Positions 38,013-46,552 of a stretch of DNA of 64,000 nucleotides are shown here, one piece after another. The translations under genes were made by a program, and so were the position numbers. Every line of letters starts with the position of its first letter. Position 1 is the stretch's first letter. The notes beneath the pieces are model-generated. The model worked only from the letters and a program-made list of their open reading frames with translations. It was not told where the DNA came from and ran no database searches. Source of the DNA: Nitrosopumilaceae archaeon (lineage in GTDB: Archaea > Thermoproteota > Nitrososphaeria > Nitrososphaerales > Nitrosopumilaceae); assembly GCA_965214835.1 (NCBI GenBank), contig CBDCCK010000002.1, forward strand, positions 1,024,001 to 1,088,000, written 5' to 3'.

Positions 38013-38132
38013 GCTGCAGCATGCAGGCGCGAATTTTGTTGCAAGAGAGTTTGAACATGAAAGTCGAGGAGATCCAACCGATTACGAACCAGTCTTAGAA
38101 ATATTTAACTTTGCCAAAAACCACACTTCCTT

Positions 38133-38666
38133 ATGGCAGGCCTGTCCCTTACAAGTCCCAGCTTTGATCACGGGGCAGAGATCCCAAAAAGGTTCGGCTA
38201 CAAGCATGGCAACTCCAGCCCGCCGCTATCTGTCCAGGGCATCCCCGAAGACTGCAAGTCCCTTGCACTGATAATGGACGATCCCGATGCCGTGGGTGCC
38301 GTTGGAAGGGTCTGGGTTCACTGGGTGGTATGGAACATCCCACCCCCAAGCACAAGCCCCAACTTTGCCGAGTCAGTGGTACCGGAAGAAAACATCATGC
38401 CACCAGAAATACGTTGTTTCCCCCAGAGCTCCTACTTTGCCGAGTCAGTGGTACCCTCGGGCTCTAGGGAGGGAAAAACCGACTTTGGCCAAATAGGCTA
38501 CGGCGGCCCGGCGCCTCCTGACAAGCGCCATACGTACGTCTTCAAACTATACGCCCTAGATACAAAGCTTGATCTGGAGCGGGGCTCATCCAAGAAGCAG
38601 CTAGAGGAGGCAATGCGGGCCCACATAATTGCAGAGGCAAGGCTGGAGGGAACCTTTGCCCCATGA
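38133..38666 (+). CDS. YbhB/YbcL (PEBP, Raf kinase inhibitor-like) protein with a 24-aa insertion
   Basis: DDPDA, WVHW..WNI, GYGGPAPP, H.YVF.LYALD; FAESVVP occurs twice. Confidence 0.9.
   Translation: MAGLSLTSPSFDHGAEIPKRFGYKHGNSSPPLSVQGIPEDCKSLALIMDDPDAVGAVGRVWVHWVVWNIPPPSTSPNFAESVVPEENIMPPEIRCFPQSSYFAESVVPSGSREGKTDFGQIGYGGPAPPDKRHTYVFKLYALDTKLDLERGSSKKQLEEAMRAHIIAEARLEGTFAP
38349..38455. repeat. About 35-bp direct repeat flanking a 37-bp unique insert (period 72)
   Basis: 38355-38383 vs 38427-38455 match 27/29, with a perfect 22-bp core ACTTTGCCGAGTCAGTGGTACC. Confidence 0.9.
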
Positions 38667-38672
38667 CACATC

Positions 38673-38790
38673 TTGCAGCCTTCCCAGGCGTATCTGAATC
38701 ATGGCAGCGATAGGCGGCACCGTGCGGATCTACAGGCAACCCAATCTGAATTGTGTCAGACCTAGAGCCGTTTTGCGGGGAACCTAGAGG
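38673..38790 (+). repeat. Repeat family C, degenerate copy
   Basis: GCAGCCTTCCCAG..GTGCGGATCTACAGGCA..GCCGTTTTGCGGG. Confidence 0.7.
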
Positions 38791-38840
38791 GGGCCGTTTT
38801 GTTCAAAAGAGTAATAAACAATCTTTCCATCCCTTAATAA

Positions 38841-40964
38841 TTGGAAAACAGCGCGGAAAACGGTACAGCCAAAAAAGAGAGATTTCAATTTTCCCTGCGC
38901 CATGCAGCCATCATAGGAATTCTGGTGCTTGCGTTCTCGGCATCCTTTCTTATCCGCTCACAGGCCTTGGATTTTGGATTCGAGCTAAACGAGTTTGATC
39001 CCTTCTTCAACTACAGGGCCACAAACTACCTTGTAGAAAACGGCCTTGCAGAATATCTTGACTGGCATGATGAGATGAGCTGGCATCCTAACGGGCGTAA
39101 CATTTCTGCGACCTCCCAAAGCATGCTGCATTATACGGCGGCCACGACCTACCAGATCTTTGGCATGGGCTCTAGCCTTTACGACTTTACGATTATCTTC
39201 CCTGTCGTCTTTGGCTCCCTGACATGCATTGTGATCTTTGCCCTTGTTCGCGTTATCGGCGGTACAAACGCCGGACTAGTCGCGGCCCTGCTTTTTTCCA
39301 TCTCCGTCCCAATCGTCATACGCGGGTTAGTCGGCTGGTTCAAGTCAGAGCCGCTGGGGCTGTTCTTCGGACTGCTGGGAGCCTACCTGCTCCTGAGCGG
39401 GATCAAGACGCAAAACCGCAATGAAGGCGCCTTGAGACTTGCAGGAGCAGGCCTGTTCATGGCATTCGGACTGGCCTCGTGGGGCGGAATCCAGTTCTTT
39501 TTGATGCCGCTGGGCGTGTTCTTTCTGGCACTGCCGTTCCTTCGTGACGATCACAGATTTCAGACCTGGTCAATCCCCATATTTACCACAGTCTTGATGA
39601 TGACGTCCCTGCTGTTTGAAAGACCCGGACTCAGCTTTGTCACCGGAATCAGTGGGTTTACAATTGTCGGCCCGACCGTATTTCTGGTTGCCTGCAACGT
39701 CATACAGTCCAAAAGCCCCGTTGGTAAAAAGTTCCGCAACGGGATCCTGCTCCTTGCAGGAGTACTGGCTGCAGGAATATCGATCATAGCCCTGAGCTTT
39801 TCTACCAGTCTGCTGAACATACCAAGCTATAGATACCTCAACGCAGTCAATCCGTTCCTTACCACGACAAACCCGCTGACAGATTCTGTATCAGAGCATG
39901 CAACGACTACCCTGGAGCAGTCGTTTTTCTTTTTGTCGATAATGATGGTCTTTGCCGGAATCGGAGCATGGCTGATATTCCATGACAAAAAACTCAGCTC
40001 TAGGCAGCATCGCGACGTGATGGCGTTTGCGCTGATTATTGGCATTACCGGGGTCTATGTCAGCTCCTCGTTTATCAGGCTGGAGGTGTTTGCCTCGATT
40101 TCCGTAATAATCCTAAGCTCGATAGGAATCTCAAGGCTCATAGAAAACATCTCCGCTAGGGAGCCTGGCATAGGACTTCCGTTCAAGTCCGCACTGATCG
40201 GCGGAATAGTCATCCTGTTTGTCTCCCCGTTGGTCATTCCTGCCGAGGGGAACTGGATCGATTCGGTCAAAATCCCGCCGACCATACTCAACGGAGGAAC
40301 CGCCCTCCCATATGTTGCGCCTGACTGGCCCTCCACACTGTCATGGATTAGTGCCAACACCCCCCAGGACTCCATCATAGCTGCGTGGTGGGATTATGGA
40401 TACTGGATAACTGCCATTGGGGAGCGCACGTCCCTTGTTGACAATGCCACAATGGATACCGAGGCGATTCAAAACGTTGCAAGAATGCTGCTTGCAAATC
40501 CCGACGACTCTTGGAGGATGCTGCAAGAGATGAACGCCGACTATGTTGTCACCTTTGTCATGTCTCAGGCGGTACCCTCTGGCGGCGATATCACATTGTA
40601 CCGACTGGGAGGAGGCGGAGACGAGAGCAAAAAGTACTGGTTTGTAAGAATAGCCGAAGAGCCCCTGGAAAAATATATGCATGCCGACGGAGTTACCGGA
40701 AATGACTATTTCTGGAACGAGACCATGCTAGGCCAAATGTTCCCATATGTGCCAATAATCTACATTGATCCGGTAGCTGGTGCCCAGTCTGAGTCCTACG
40801 TTGCCGGTTATACCCCGCTTTATGTGAAGAGCGTCAAGCTGCCCTCTGATGGCGATGGCCCTCTGCGACTGGCATATGCATCCCCGACATTTAACGACGG
40901 CTCTCAAGTCTCCTTTGGCGTTTTCGTTTATGAGGTAAACGACGACTATGTCCTGAAGGACTAG
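38841..40964 (+). CDS. aglB: Oligosaccharyltransferase (STT3)
   Basis: EFDPFF, SVSEH, WWDYG, DN.T. Confidence 0.93.
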   Translation: MENSAENGTAKKERFQFSLRHAAIIGILVLAFSASFLIRSQALDFGFELNEFDPFFNYRATNYLVENGLAEYLDWHDEMSWHPNGRNISATSQSMLHYTAATTYQIFGMGSSLYDFTIIFPVVFGSLTCIVIFALVRVIGGTNAGLVAALLFSISVPIVIRGLVGWFKSEPLGLFFGLLGAYLLLSGIKTQNRNEGALRLAGAGLFMAFGLASWGGIQFFLMPLGVFFLALPFLRDDHRFQTWSIPIFTTVLMMTSLLFERPGLSFVTGISGFTIVGPTVFLVACNVIQSKSPVGKKFRNGILLLAGVLAAGISIIALSFSTSLLNIPSYRYLNAVNPFLTTTNPLTDSVSEHATTTLEQSFFFLSIMMVFAGIGAWLIFHDKKLSSRQHRDVMAFALIIGITGVYVSSSFIRLEVFASISVIILSSIGISRLIENISAREPGIGLPFKSALIGGIVILFVSPLVIPAEGNWIDSVKIPPTILNGGTALPYVAPDWPSTLSWISANTPQDSIIAAWWDYGYWITAIGERTSLVDNATMDTEAIQNVARMLLANPDDSWRMLQEMNADYVVTFVMSQAVPSGGDITLYRLGGGGDESKKYWFVRIAEEPLEKYMHADGVTGNDYFWNETMLGQMFPYVPIIYIDPVAGAQSESYVAGYTPLYVKSVKLPSDGDGPLRLAYASPTFNDGSQVSFGVFVYEVNDDYVLKD

Positions 40965-41122
40965 ATGTCCTGGTATCTCTCGGCCAGCCTATACCTCATG
41001 TACTTGTCATCGGGGGAAAATTTTGCGGGGTGCACGGATAGCGTATCCCCCCGACACTTGGGACACAAGGCCTTCATCGTATACGCCCTGCACCTAGAGC
41101 ACCTTCTTATCTGGTAACGCAT
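40961..41122 (-). CDS. nop10: H/ACA RNP protein Nop10 (53 aa; not in ORF track)
   Basis: C..C..YT....CP.C....HPAKFSPDDKY..YR; follows aIF2 alpha. Confidence 0.92.
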   Translation of the reverse strand: MRYQIRRCSRCRAYTMKALCPKCRGDTLSVHPAKFSPDDKYMRYRLAERYQDI

Positions 41123-41124
41123 CG

Positions 41125-41925
41125 TCATCCAACCCTTGTCTTCTTCGAGTCCTCTCTTTCGAACTTGAACGTACCCTTTTTCTTCTCTATGGACTGGTGA
41201 ATCTCTGCAATTACGGGCTTGATGGCCCTTTCTGCCGCCTTAAAGTCCGGGGCAGTAATCCCCAGTCGATATTTTGGCGCACCCAGGTAGGTAACCTCGA
41301 TTTTTACCCCCTCGTGCCCACTGATTGCGTCCTGCAGCGCCTTTTTGATAACCTCCACCCCGTCTGATCTAGAGCTTGTAACCTCCATTATTCCCCTAAT
41401 CTCGACTGAGGGAAGCTTGATCTTCGAGCATACCTCCTGCATGGCAGCCAGTGTCTTTTCTGGAATTTTGAGCGACTTGACTGCTATTACGCCCCTTGTC
41501 GCTACCTCCATGAACGCATCAAAGAGGGAGTCATATTTTGAAAACAGCAGATCCTCGATCTCCTCGCGCTCCCTGTCTGACAGCTTTGTCTTCTCAACTA
41601 TGCTGTTCATCAGCGTGTTTCCCTTCTCCTCCCGCTTGACCTCGAGAAGCTTTTTCTTTCTCTGGTCTGCGGAGACCTGCTTTAGTGACAAATCAATGTC
41701 GTTTCTACCCGGATTTACCTTTTTTACCAAAAGCACCTTTTTCTCCCCACGCTTTACGAACTTGCCGACGGACCTTATCCATCCTGGCGCAATCTCCGAT
41801 ATGTGCAGGAACCCCTGCATGTCGTCGTATTCGTCTAGCGTGACATATGCCCCGTGATCCATAATCTTTGAAATTGTGGCAACGACGATCTCCCCCCGCT
41901 CGGGCAGCTCTAAATCAGATGACAT
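41125..41925 (-). CDS. eif2a: Translation initiation factor 2 alpha subunit
   Basis: LPE.GE.V, S1 domain LHISEI, IDLSLK, YLGAPKYR. Confidence 0.95.
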   Translation of the reverse strand: MSSDLELPERGEIVVATISKIMDHGAYVTLDEYDDMQGFLHISEIAPGWIRSVGKFVKRGEKKVLLVKKVNPGRNDIDLSLKQVSADQRKKKLLEVKREEKGNTLMNSIVEKTKLSDREREEIEDLLFSKYDSLFDAFMEVATRGVIAVKSLKIPEKTLAAMQEVCSKIKLPSVEIRGIMEVTSSRSDGVEVIKKALQDAISGHEGVKIEVTYLGAPKYRLGITAPDFKAAERAIKPVIAEIHQSIEKKKGTFKFEREDSKKTRVG

Positions 41926-41973
41926 AGTGCTCAAGTCAAGTCATATGTAAATTAATGTTGCTTGCTAGAAACC

Positions 41974-42066
41974 GCGTGAGGCCACCTTCCCCTAAACAGC
42001 TTGGCACAAATTTACGTCTAAATTGTGGCTTTCATGCCTGACCAGCAAGGGGACGCGACCTCACAC
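41974..42066 (+). mobile_element. MITE family B (93 bp)
   Basis: GCGTGAGGCCACC...GGGGACGCGACCTCACAC; 8-bp TSD TAGAAACC / TAGAAATC. Confidence 0.85.
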
Positions 42067-42174
42067 TAGAAATCAATTCCCCGCTTGGCCTTGATCCCTG
42101 CTGCTGGTCGCATACACGTATCCTGTCGCCGTCGATTGCTAGAAATCAATTCCCCGCTTGGCCTTGATCCCTGC
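42066..42174. repeat. 36-bp perfect duplication of the cobO 3' end flanking a 37-bp insert (period 73)
   Basis: CTAGAAATCAATTCCCCGCTTGGCCTTGATCCCTGC at 42066-42101 and 42139-42174. Confidence 0.95.
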
Positions 42175-42672
42175 CCTGTATGGGTGCTTGATCTCCCTCA
42201 TCTCTGTAACCAGGTCTGCCAAACCGATAACCTCCGGCCTTGCATGGTTGCCCGTAAGCACCAGGTCCAGCCTTTCGGGCTTTGACTTGACCAGTCCAAC
42301 CACCTCGTCCAGGCTGACCAGGCCCAAGTTTACTGCATAGTTGATCTCATCAAGTATGACCAGGTCATACCTGCCTGATGAAATCTTCTCCCTGCAAATC
42401 TTCATTGCCTCCCTTGCAACCTCCTCGTGATCCGCCCTTGGACTCTTATCGTCCACTATTCCAACAAACCCCTTCCCTACGGCTGTCATCTCAAACTCCG
42501 GCTCCAGCCTCTTTGACGAGTCCATTTCACCGTAATGCCATGAGCCCTTGATGAATTGAATCATGCAGATCTTCCTGCTGTATCCTACGGCCCTCAGGGC
42601 CATGCCCAGGGCCGCAGTCGTCTTTCCCTTTCCGTTCCCCGTATAGACAATTACCAGGCCGTCTTCTCCCAT
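42139..42672 (-). CDS. cobO: Cob(I)yrinic acid a,c-diamide adenosyltransferase
   Basis: YTGNGKGKTTAA, QFIKG, ILDE, LTG, KHP..G..A..GIDF. Confidence 0.95.
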   Translation of the reverse strand: MGEDGLVIVYTGNGKGKTTAALGMALRAVGYSRKICMIQFIKGSWHYGEMDSSKRLEPEFEMTAVGKGFVGIVDDKSPRADHEEVAREAMKICREKISSGRYDLVILDEINYAVNLGLVSLDEVVGLVKSKPERLDLVLTGNHARPEVIGLADLVTEMREIKHPYRAGIKAKRGIDF

Positions 42673-42746
42673 GGCGTCTGTGAGGCCATACTCGGTAAAA
42701 AGATAACCAACAGACTATAATTGAGCAAGAACCCCACTCCCCAACA

Positions 42747-44102
42747 TTGAAGATACCCCGGGTTGTTTTGGCCGGCGCAGCAAGCGGCGTGGGCAAAACA
42801 TCGATCACCTGCGCGATCATCTACGGCCTACAAAAGCTTGGATACGGCGTACAGCCCTTCAAGGTCGGCCCTGACTATATAGATCCCAGCTATCTCTCAT
42901 CAGTATCTGGCCGGCCCGCCCGCAATCTTGATGTCTGGCTGATGGGGGCCAGACGGCTGCTTGAGGAGTTCACCCGCAACTCAAGGTCTGACATATCCAT
43001 CATCGAGGGCGTGATGGGCTATTATGACGGGTCTTCGGGGAAAAACAACCACTCCAGCACCCACCACGTGGCGGCCATCACCAAGTCAAGCACGGTTCTG
43101 GTACTGGATGCCGGCAAGGCGGCCAGATCCGTTGCCGCCACCGCGCTCGGATTTACAAGGTTTCATAGGAGTTCAAGGATTGCCGGGATCATACTCAACA
43201 GGGTGGGCAGCAAAAGGCATGAGATCCTGTGCAGGGAGGCACTGCAGGGACTGGGAATTCCGGTCATCGGAGTCATCCCCAAAAATCCGGAGTTTTTTCT
43301 GGAATCCAGGCACCTGGGGCTAGTCCCCGCCTGGGAGGAAAAAAGCCTGCAGGGGAGGATTCTGAGAGTGGCAAAGTCGATGTCTGACCTTTTAGACCTT
43401 GATCAAGTCTTGAGAGTGGCAAACAGCTCGCCACCGCTGCCCAGGCCTCAAAAAACCAAGTCAAAAAAGCCCACAGTCACAATCACGGTCGCCCTGGATA
43501 ACTCCTTCAATTTTTACTATCCTGCAAACCTCGAGTCCCTGCAACGGCAAGGCGCGCAGGTCAAATTTTTCAGCCCGGTTCATGACAAAAGGGTGCCAGA
43601 GTGCGACGGCATATACATTGGCGGCGGGTTCCCCGAGGTGTTATCGCCGTCGCTTTCAAAGAACACTGCAATGAGGAAGACAATCAGGAAACTAGCCGGC
43701 GATGGGATCCCAATCTATGCAGAGTGCGGCGGACTGATGTATCTTACCAACTCGATCCATGACGGCAAAAGGCAGTACCCGATGGTCGGATTCCTGGATG
43801 CTGATACAAAGATGACCAAGAAAATGAGACTGGGCTATACAAGGGCAGCCGTTACGTCCAGGTGCATCCTGTCTGACTCAAAAAAGCAGTTCCAGGGCCA
43901 CGAGTTTCACTATTCGGAGCTGTATGACGTCTCAAAGGATCTAAGGTTTGCCTATGATCTGGAGGTTGGGCATGGAATATCGGAGAAAAGGGACGGGATC
44001 ATCCAGGGCAATACGCTTGCATCCTACTGCCACCTGTTCTTGGACGCAAAGAACTTTGCCGGCACGCTTGTCTCAAACTGCAAAAACCATTCAAGGCGAT
44101 AG
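42747..44102 (+). CDS. cbiA: Cobyrinate a,c-diamide synthase
   Basis: SGVGKT, FKVGPDYID, EGVMG, SRHLGL, AECGG, GHEFHYS. Confidence 0.95.
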   Translation: MKIPRVVLAGAASGVGKTSITCAIIYGLQKLGYGVQPFKVGPDYIDPSYLSSVSGRPARNLDVWLMGARRLLEEFTRNSRSDISIIEGVMGYYDGSSGKNNHSSTHHVAAITKSSTVLVLDAGKAARSVAATALGFTRFHRSSRIAGIILNRVGSKRHEILCREALQGLGIPVIGVIPKNPEFFLESRHLGLVPAWEEKSLQGRILRVAKSMSDLLDLDQVLRVANSSPPLPRPQKTKSKKPTVTITVALDNSFNFYYPANLESLQRQGAQVKFFSPVHDKRVPECDGIYIGGGFPEVLSPSLSKNTAMRKTIRKLAGDGIPIYAECGGLMYLTNSIHDGKRQYPMVGFLDADTKMTKKMRLGYTRAAVTSRCILSDSKKQFQGHEFHYSELYDVSKDLRFAYDLEVGHGISEKRDGIIQGNTLASYCHLFLDAKNFAGTLVSNCKNHSRR

Positions 44103-44104
44103 GC

Positions 44105-44725
44105 CTAGGCTAGCCTGTAGAGCGCGTTGATTACCGCAGCTGCTACCGCGCTTCCCCCCTTTCTGCCCCTGTTGGAGATGTATTCGGCCCCCGAAGATAC
44201 CAGCTGCTCCTTTGACTCTGCTGCATTGATGAATCCGACCGGTATGCCTATTACCAGTGCAGGCCTAGCGGTCCCCTCCCTTATCATCTCCAGGACCTCC
44301 AGCAGTGCCGTCGGCGCATTCCCCACTGCGACTATCCCCCCCTCGATCTGTCCGGCAGACATTCGCATGCATACCTGGGAGCGTGTCCTTCCCTCCCGTT
44401 CTGCCCTCTCCATCACGTCTGCATCGGAGATTCTGCAGACAAGCTCGTTTTCATAGTTTTTTGGGTTCTGCTTGTTCATCCCGCCGATGACTCCATTTAC
44501 ATCCACCACTATGCTGCATCCGTCCTTTAGCGCATTGATTCCGTCCTGAATGGCATTTTTGGAGAACAGCATCGTGTTTTTACCCGCAAAGTCAAAGTCC
44601 GCAGTCGTATGGATGACCCTCCTTACTACCGGCCACTCTAGCTCGTCAAAATCATGCGGGCCCATCTCATCCTCGATTACCTGCATGCTTGCATCCTCGA
44701 TGGACTGTCCCCTCCTAGTCTGCAT
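44105..44725 (-). CDS. cbiC: Precorrin-8X methylmutase
   Basis: RRVIHTTADF, GNAPTAL, PVGF..AAESK, GRKGGS. Confidence 0.95.
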   Translation of the reverse strand: MQTRRGQSIEDASMQVIEDEMGPHDFDELEWPVVRRVIHTTADFDFAGKNTMLFSKNAIQDGINALKDGCSIVVDVNGVIGGMNKQNPKNYENELVCRISDADVMERAEREGRTRSQVCMRMSAGQIEGGIVAVGNAPTALLEVLEMIREGTARPALVIGIPVGFINAAESKEQLVSSGAEYISNRGRKGGSAVAAAVINALYRLA

Positions 44726-45467
44726 CCTCCACCTCCCTTGCACGCTCCAGTATGAGATCAACCATCTTTTCGTCGGCTCCCAGATGTCTTGTTATGCAGA
44801 CGTTTTCCAGATTCGACTCTTCGAGTGCCGGATTCAGATCCTCGTAAATGTCAGTCTTTACGTGCGCTCCCTCGTGCAAGAAATAAAAGACTATTGCCAA
44901 TGCCCCTGGGTTGTTTTTTTGGCAGGCCCTGACTCCGGCTGGAATGTCCGGCTGCTCTATCTCAAGGAAGCAGTGTCCCGCGTTCCTGTACCTGTCCCTC
45001 AGCCCGTCTACTACGTACTTTAGGGACATTTGTGCATTGGGATCCTTGCTTCCGTGGCCGATTACTAGCACGTCAACCTCGTCTTTTCCCAGTGCAATCC
45101 GCTTCTCCGCTAGTGCCGAGCCAATCCTGCTGTCGACCAAGTCAATCAGGGTTTGATGCATGCTCATCGGCTTGGTCACGACAAACTTCACACCGGTCTC
45201 CTTTTGATACTTCATCACGTCTGTCACTGCAATCTTGACCTTCTTTCCCGGATACAGAAAATACGGGACGATTGTCAGACTCTCAATATCCCTTGCCAGC
45301 GCCCCCCGGATTCCGTCCTCAATAAACGGAGGAACCACCTCTAGAAAACAAAAGTCTGCAAACTCATAGTTCCCCCTCTCCCTTACCTTTTCTGAGATTA
45401 TCTCCAGCTCCTCGGATGCCTCCCTCTCCCTGCTTCCCCTGTCGATAATCAACAGTCCCCTCCTCAT
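44715..45467 (-). CDS. cbiX: Sirohydrochlorin cobaltochelatase (two-domain)
   Basis: GSR, FLE..P, PYFL; GHGS, FL.EGAHV..DI. Confidence 0.88.
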   Translation of the reverse strand: MRRGLLIIDRGSREREASEELEIISEKVRERGNYEFADFCFLEVVPPFIEDGIRGALARDIESLTIVPYFLYPGKKVKIAVTDVMKYQKETGVKFVVTKPMSMHQTLIDLVDSRIGSALAEKRIALGKDEVDVLVIGHGSKDPNAQMSLKYVVDGLRDRYRNAGHCFLEIEQPDIPAGVRACQKNNPGALAIVFYFLHEGAHVKTDIYEDLNPALEESNLENVCITRHLGADEKMVDLILERAREVEDAD

Positions 45468-46525
45468 TCCGTCCTCCTTGCCACGGCAATGGTCAAGTCA
45501 GGAGGGAATTTCTGCTTTTCGACTACCAGCTTGCCCTTTGAGACTAGGAGGGCAGCTGCCTCCGATACGCTGGCAGTCCCCTCAAACGCCTTTACGGTAT
45601 CTGACGGGTTTGGGGCGCTTACGGCGGCCAGCTCCTCCCCTCCCACGTACTGAACCGGAACATTCATCTCGTCCCCTATCTGGACTAGTCCCTCAACATC
45701 CTGCGGCTTTTTTATCGAGGCCAGTCCGCTGATGGACTCCGGACTCAGCTTGTGCCTCTCAAAGGTCTTCCGTATTCCCTCCCTGATGGTATCACTGGAT
45801 GTGTCCCTGTGCAGCCCGATGCCTACCACCAGCGACCTTGGCCTGTATACTACCGACTTTGACGCCATGTCCGGATCTATTACTTTGTCGGTGATTATCA
45901 GGCATGCCTTGGAGTCTGACCTTCTCATCTCCTCCATGCTGTCAAAAACCGTGACGTTTCCTGGCAGCTCTCCCTTCCACCAGCCTTTCTCCCCCGCGTT
46001 TTGATAGACCCCGATCTTTTCATTGTTTACCATGTGTGCACTAGTTGCAGTTACCGTAGAGTCGTCCTCGATCCTCCATCCAAACTCTTTTCCGACTAGA
46101 TCGACTGCAATGGTCTTGTTTACATCTGCAGCCGTCGTAATGACGGGCGTGGAGTTCAGCCTGCCTGCAATCTCCTCTGCCAGCCTGTTTGCCCCGCCTA
46201 GATGTCCGGACAGGACACTAATGACAAAGTTGGCCCTGTCGTCTATTACAATTACGGCGGGATCCGTTTTCTTATCCTTCAGATGCGGCGAGACCAGCCT
46301 GATTACCGCTCCCAGTGAAAACAGGCATACGAGCGCCTCGCTGGATCTGAACAGCTCCCCGATTTTTTCTGCGGATGATTCTGAAAACCAGTCTATTCCC
46401 GGCTCCCGGGTCTTGAATTTTTCAGGGACATGCAGCTCCCAGTCCTGAAACGCGCCCTTGATTCTCCTGCCGATCTCAACCCCATTTTTTGTGATCGCCA
46501 CAATGGCTATTCTTTCCACAGTCAT
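45464..46525 (-). CDS. cbiG: Cobalt-precorrin-5A hydrolase
   Basis: DK.TDPAV, LSGH.GGAN, ITTA.D, SVSEAAAL. Confidence 0.93.
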   Translation of the reverse strand: MTVERIAIVAITKNGVEIGRRIKGAFQDWELHVPEKFKTREPGIDWFSESSAEKIGELFRSSEALVCLFSLGAVIRLVSPHLKDKKTDPAVIVIDDRANFVISVLSGHLGGANRLAEEIAGRLNSTPVITTAADVNKTIAVDLVGKEFGWRIEDDSTVTATSAHMVNNEKIGVYQNAGEKGWWKGELPGNVTVFDSMEEMRRSDSKACLIITDKVIDPDMASKSVVYRPRSLVVGIGLHRDTSSDTIREGIRKTFERHKLSPESISGLASIKKPQDVEGLVQIGDEMNVPVQYVGGEELAAVSAPNPSDTVKAFEGTASVSEAAALLVSKGKLVVEKQKFPPDLTIAVARRTE

Positions 46526-46552
46526 ACACACCAGTTTTTTAATAAAATATCT

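Noticed and set aside
43363-43423. TGAGAGTGGCAAA repeated in cbiA
   Set aside because: Only 13 bp with a 48-bp period in an amphipathic helix region; no sign of insertion.
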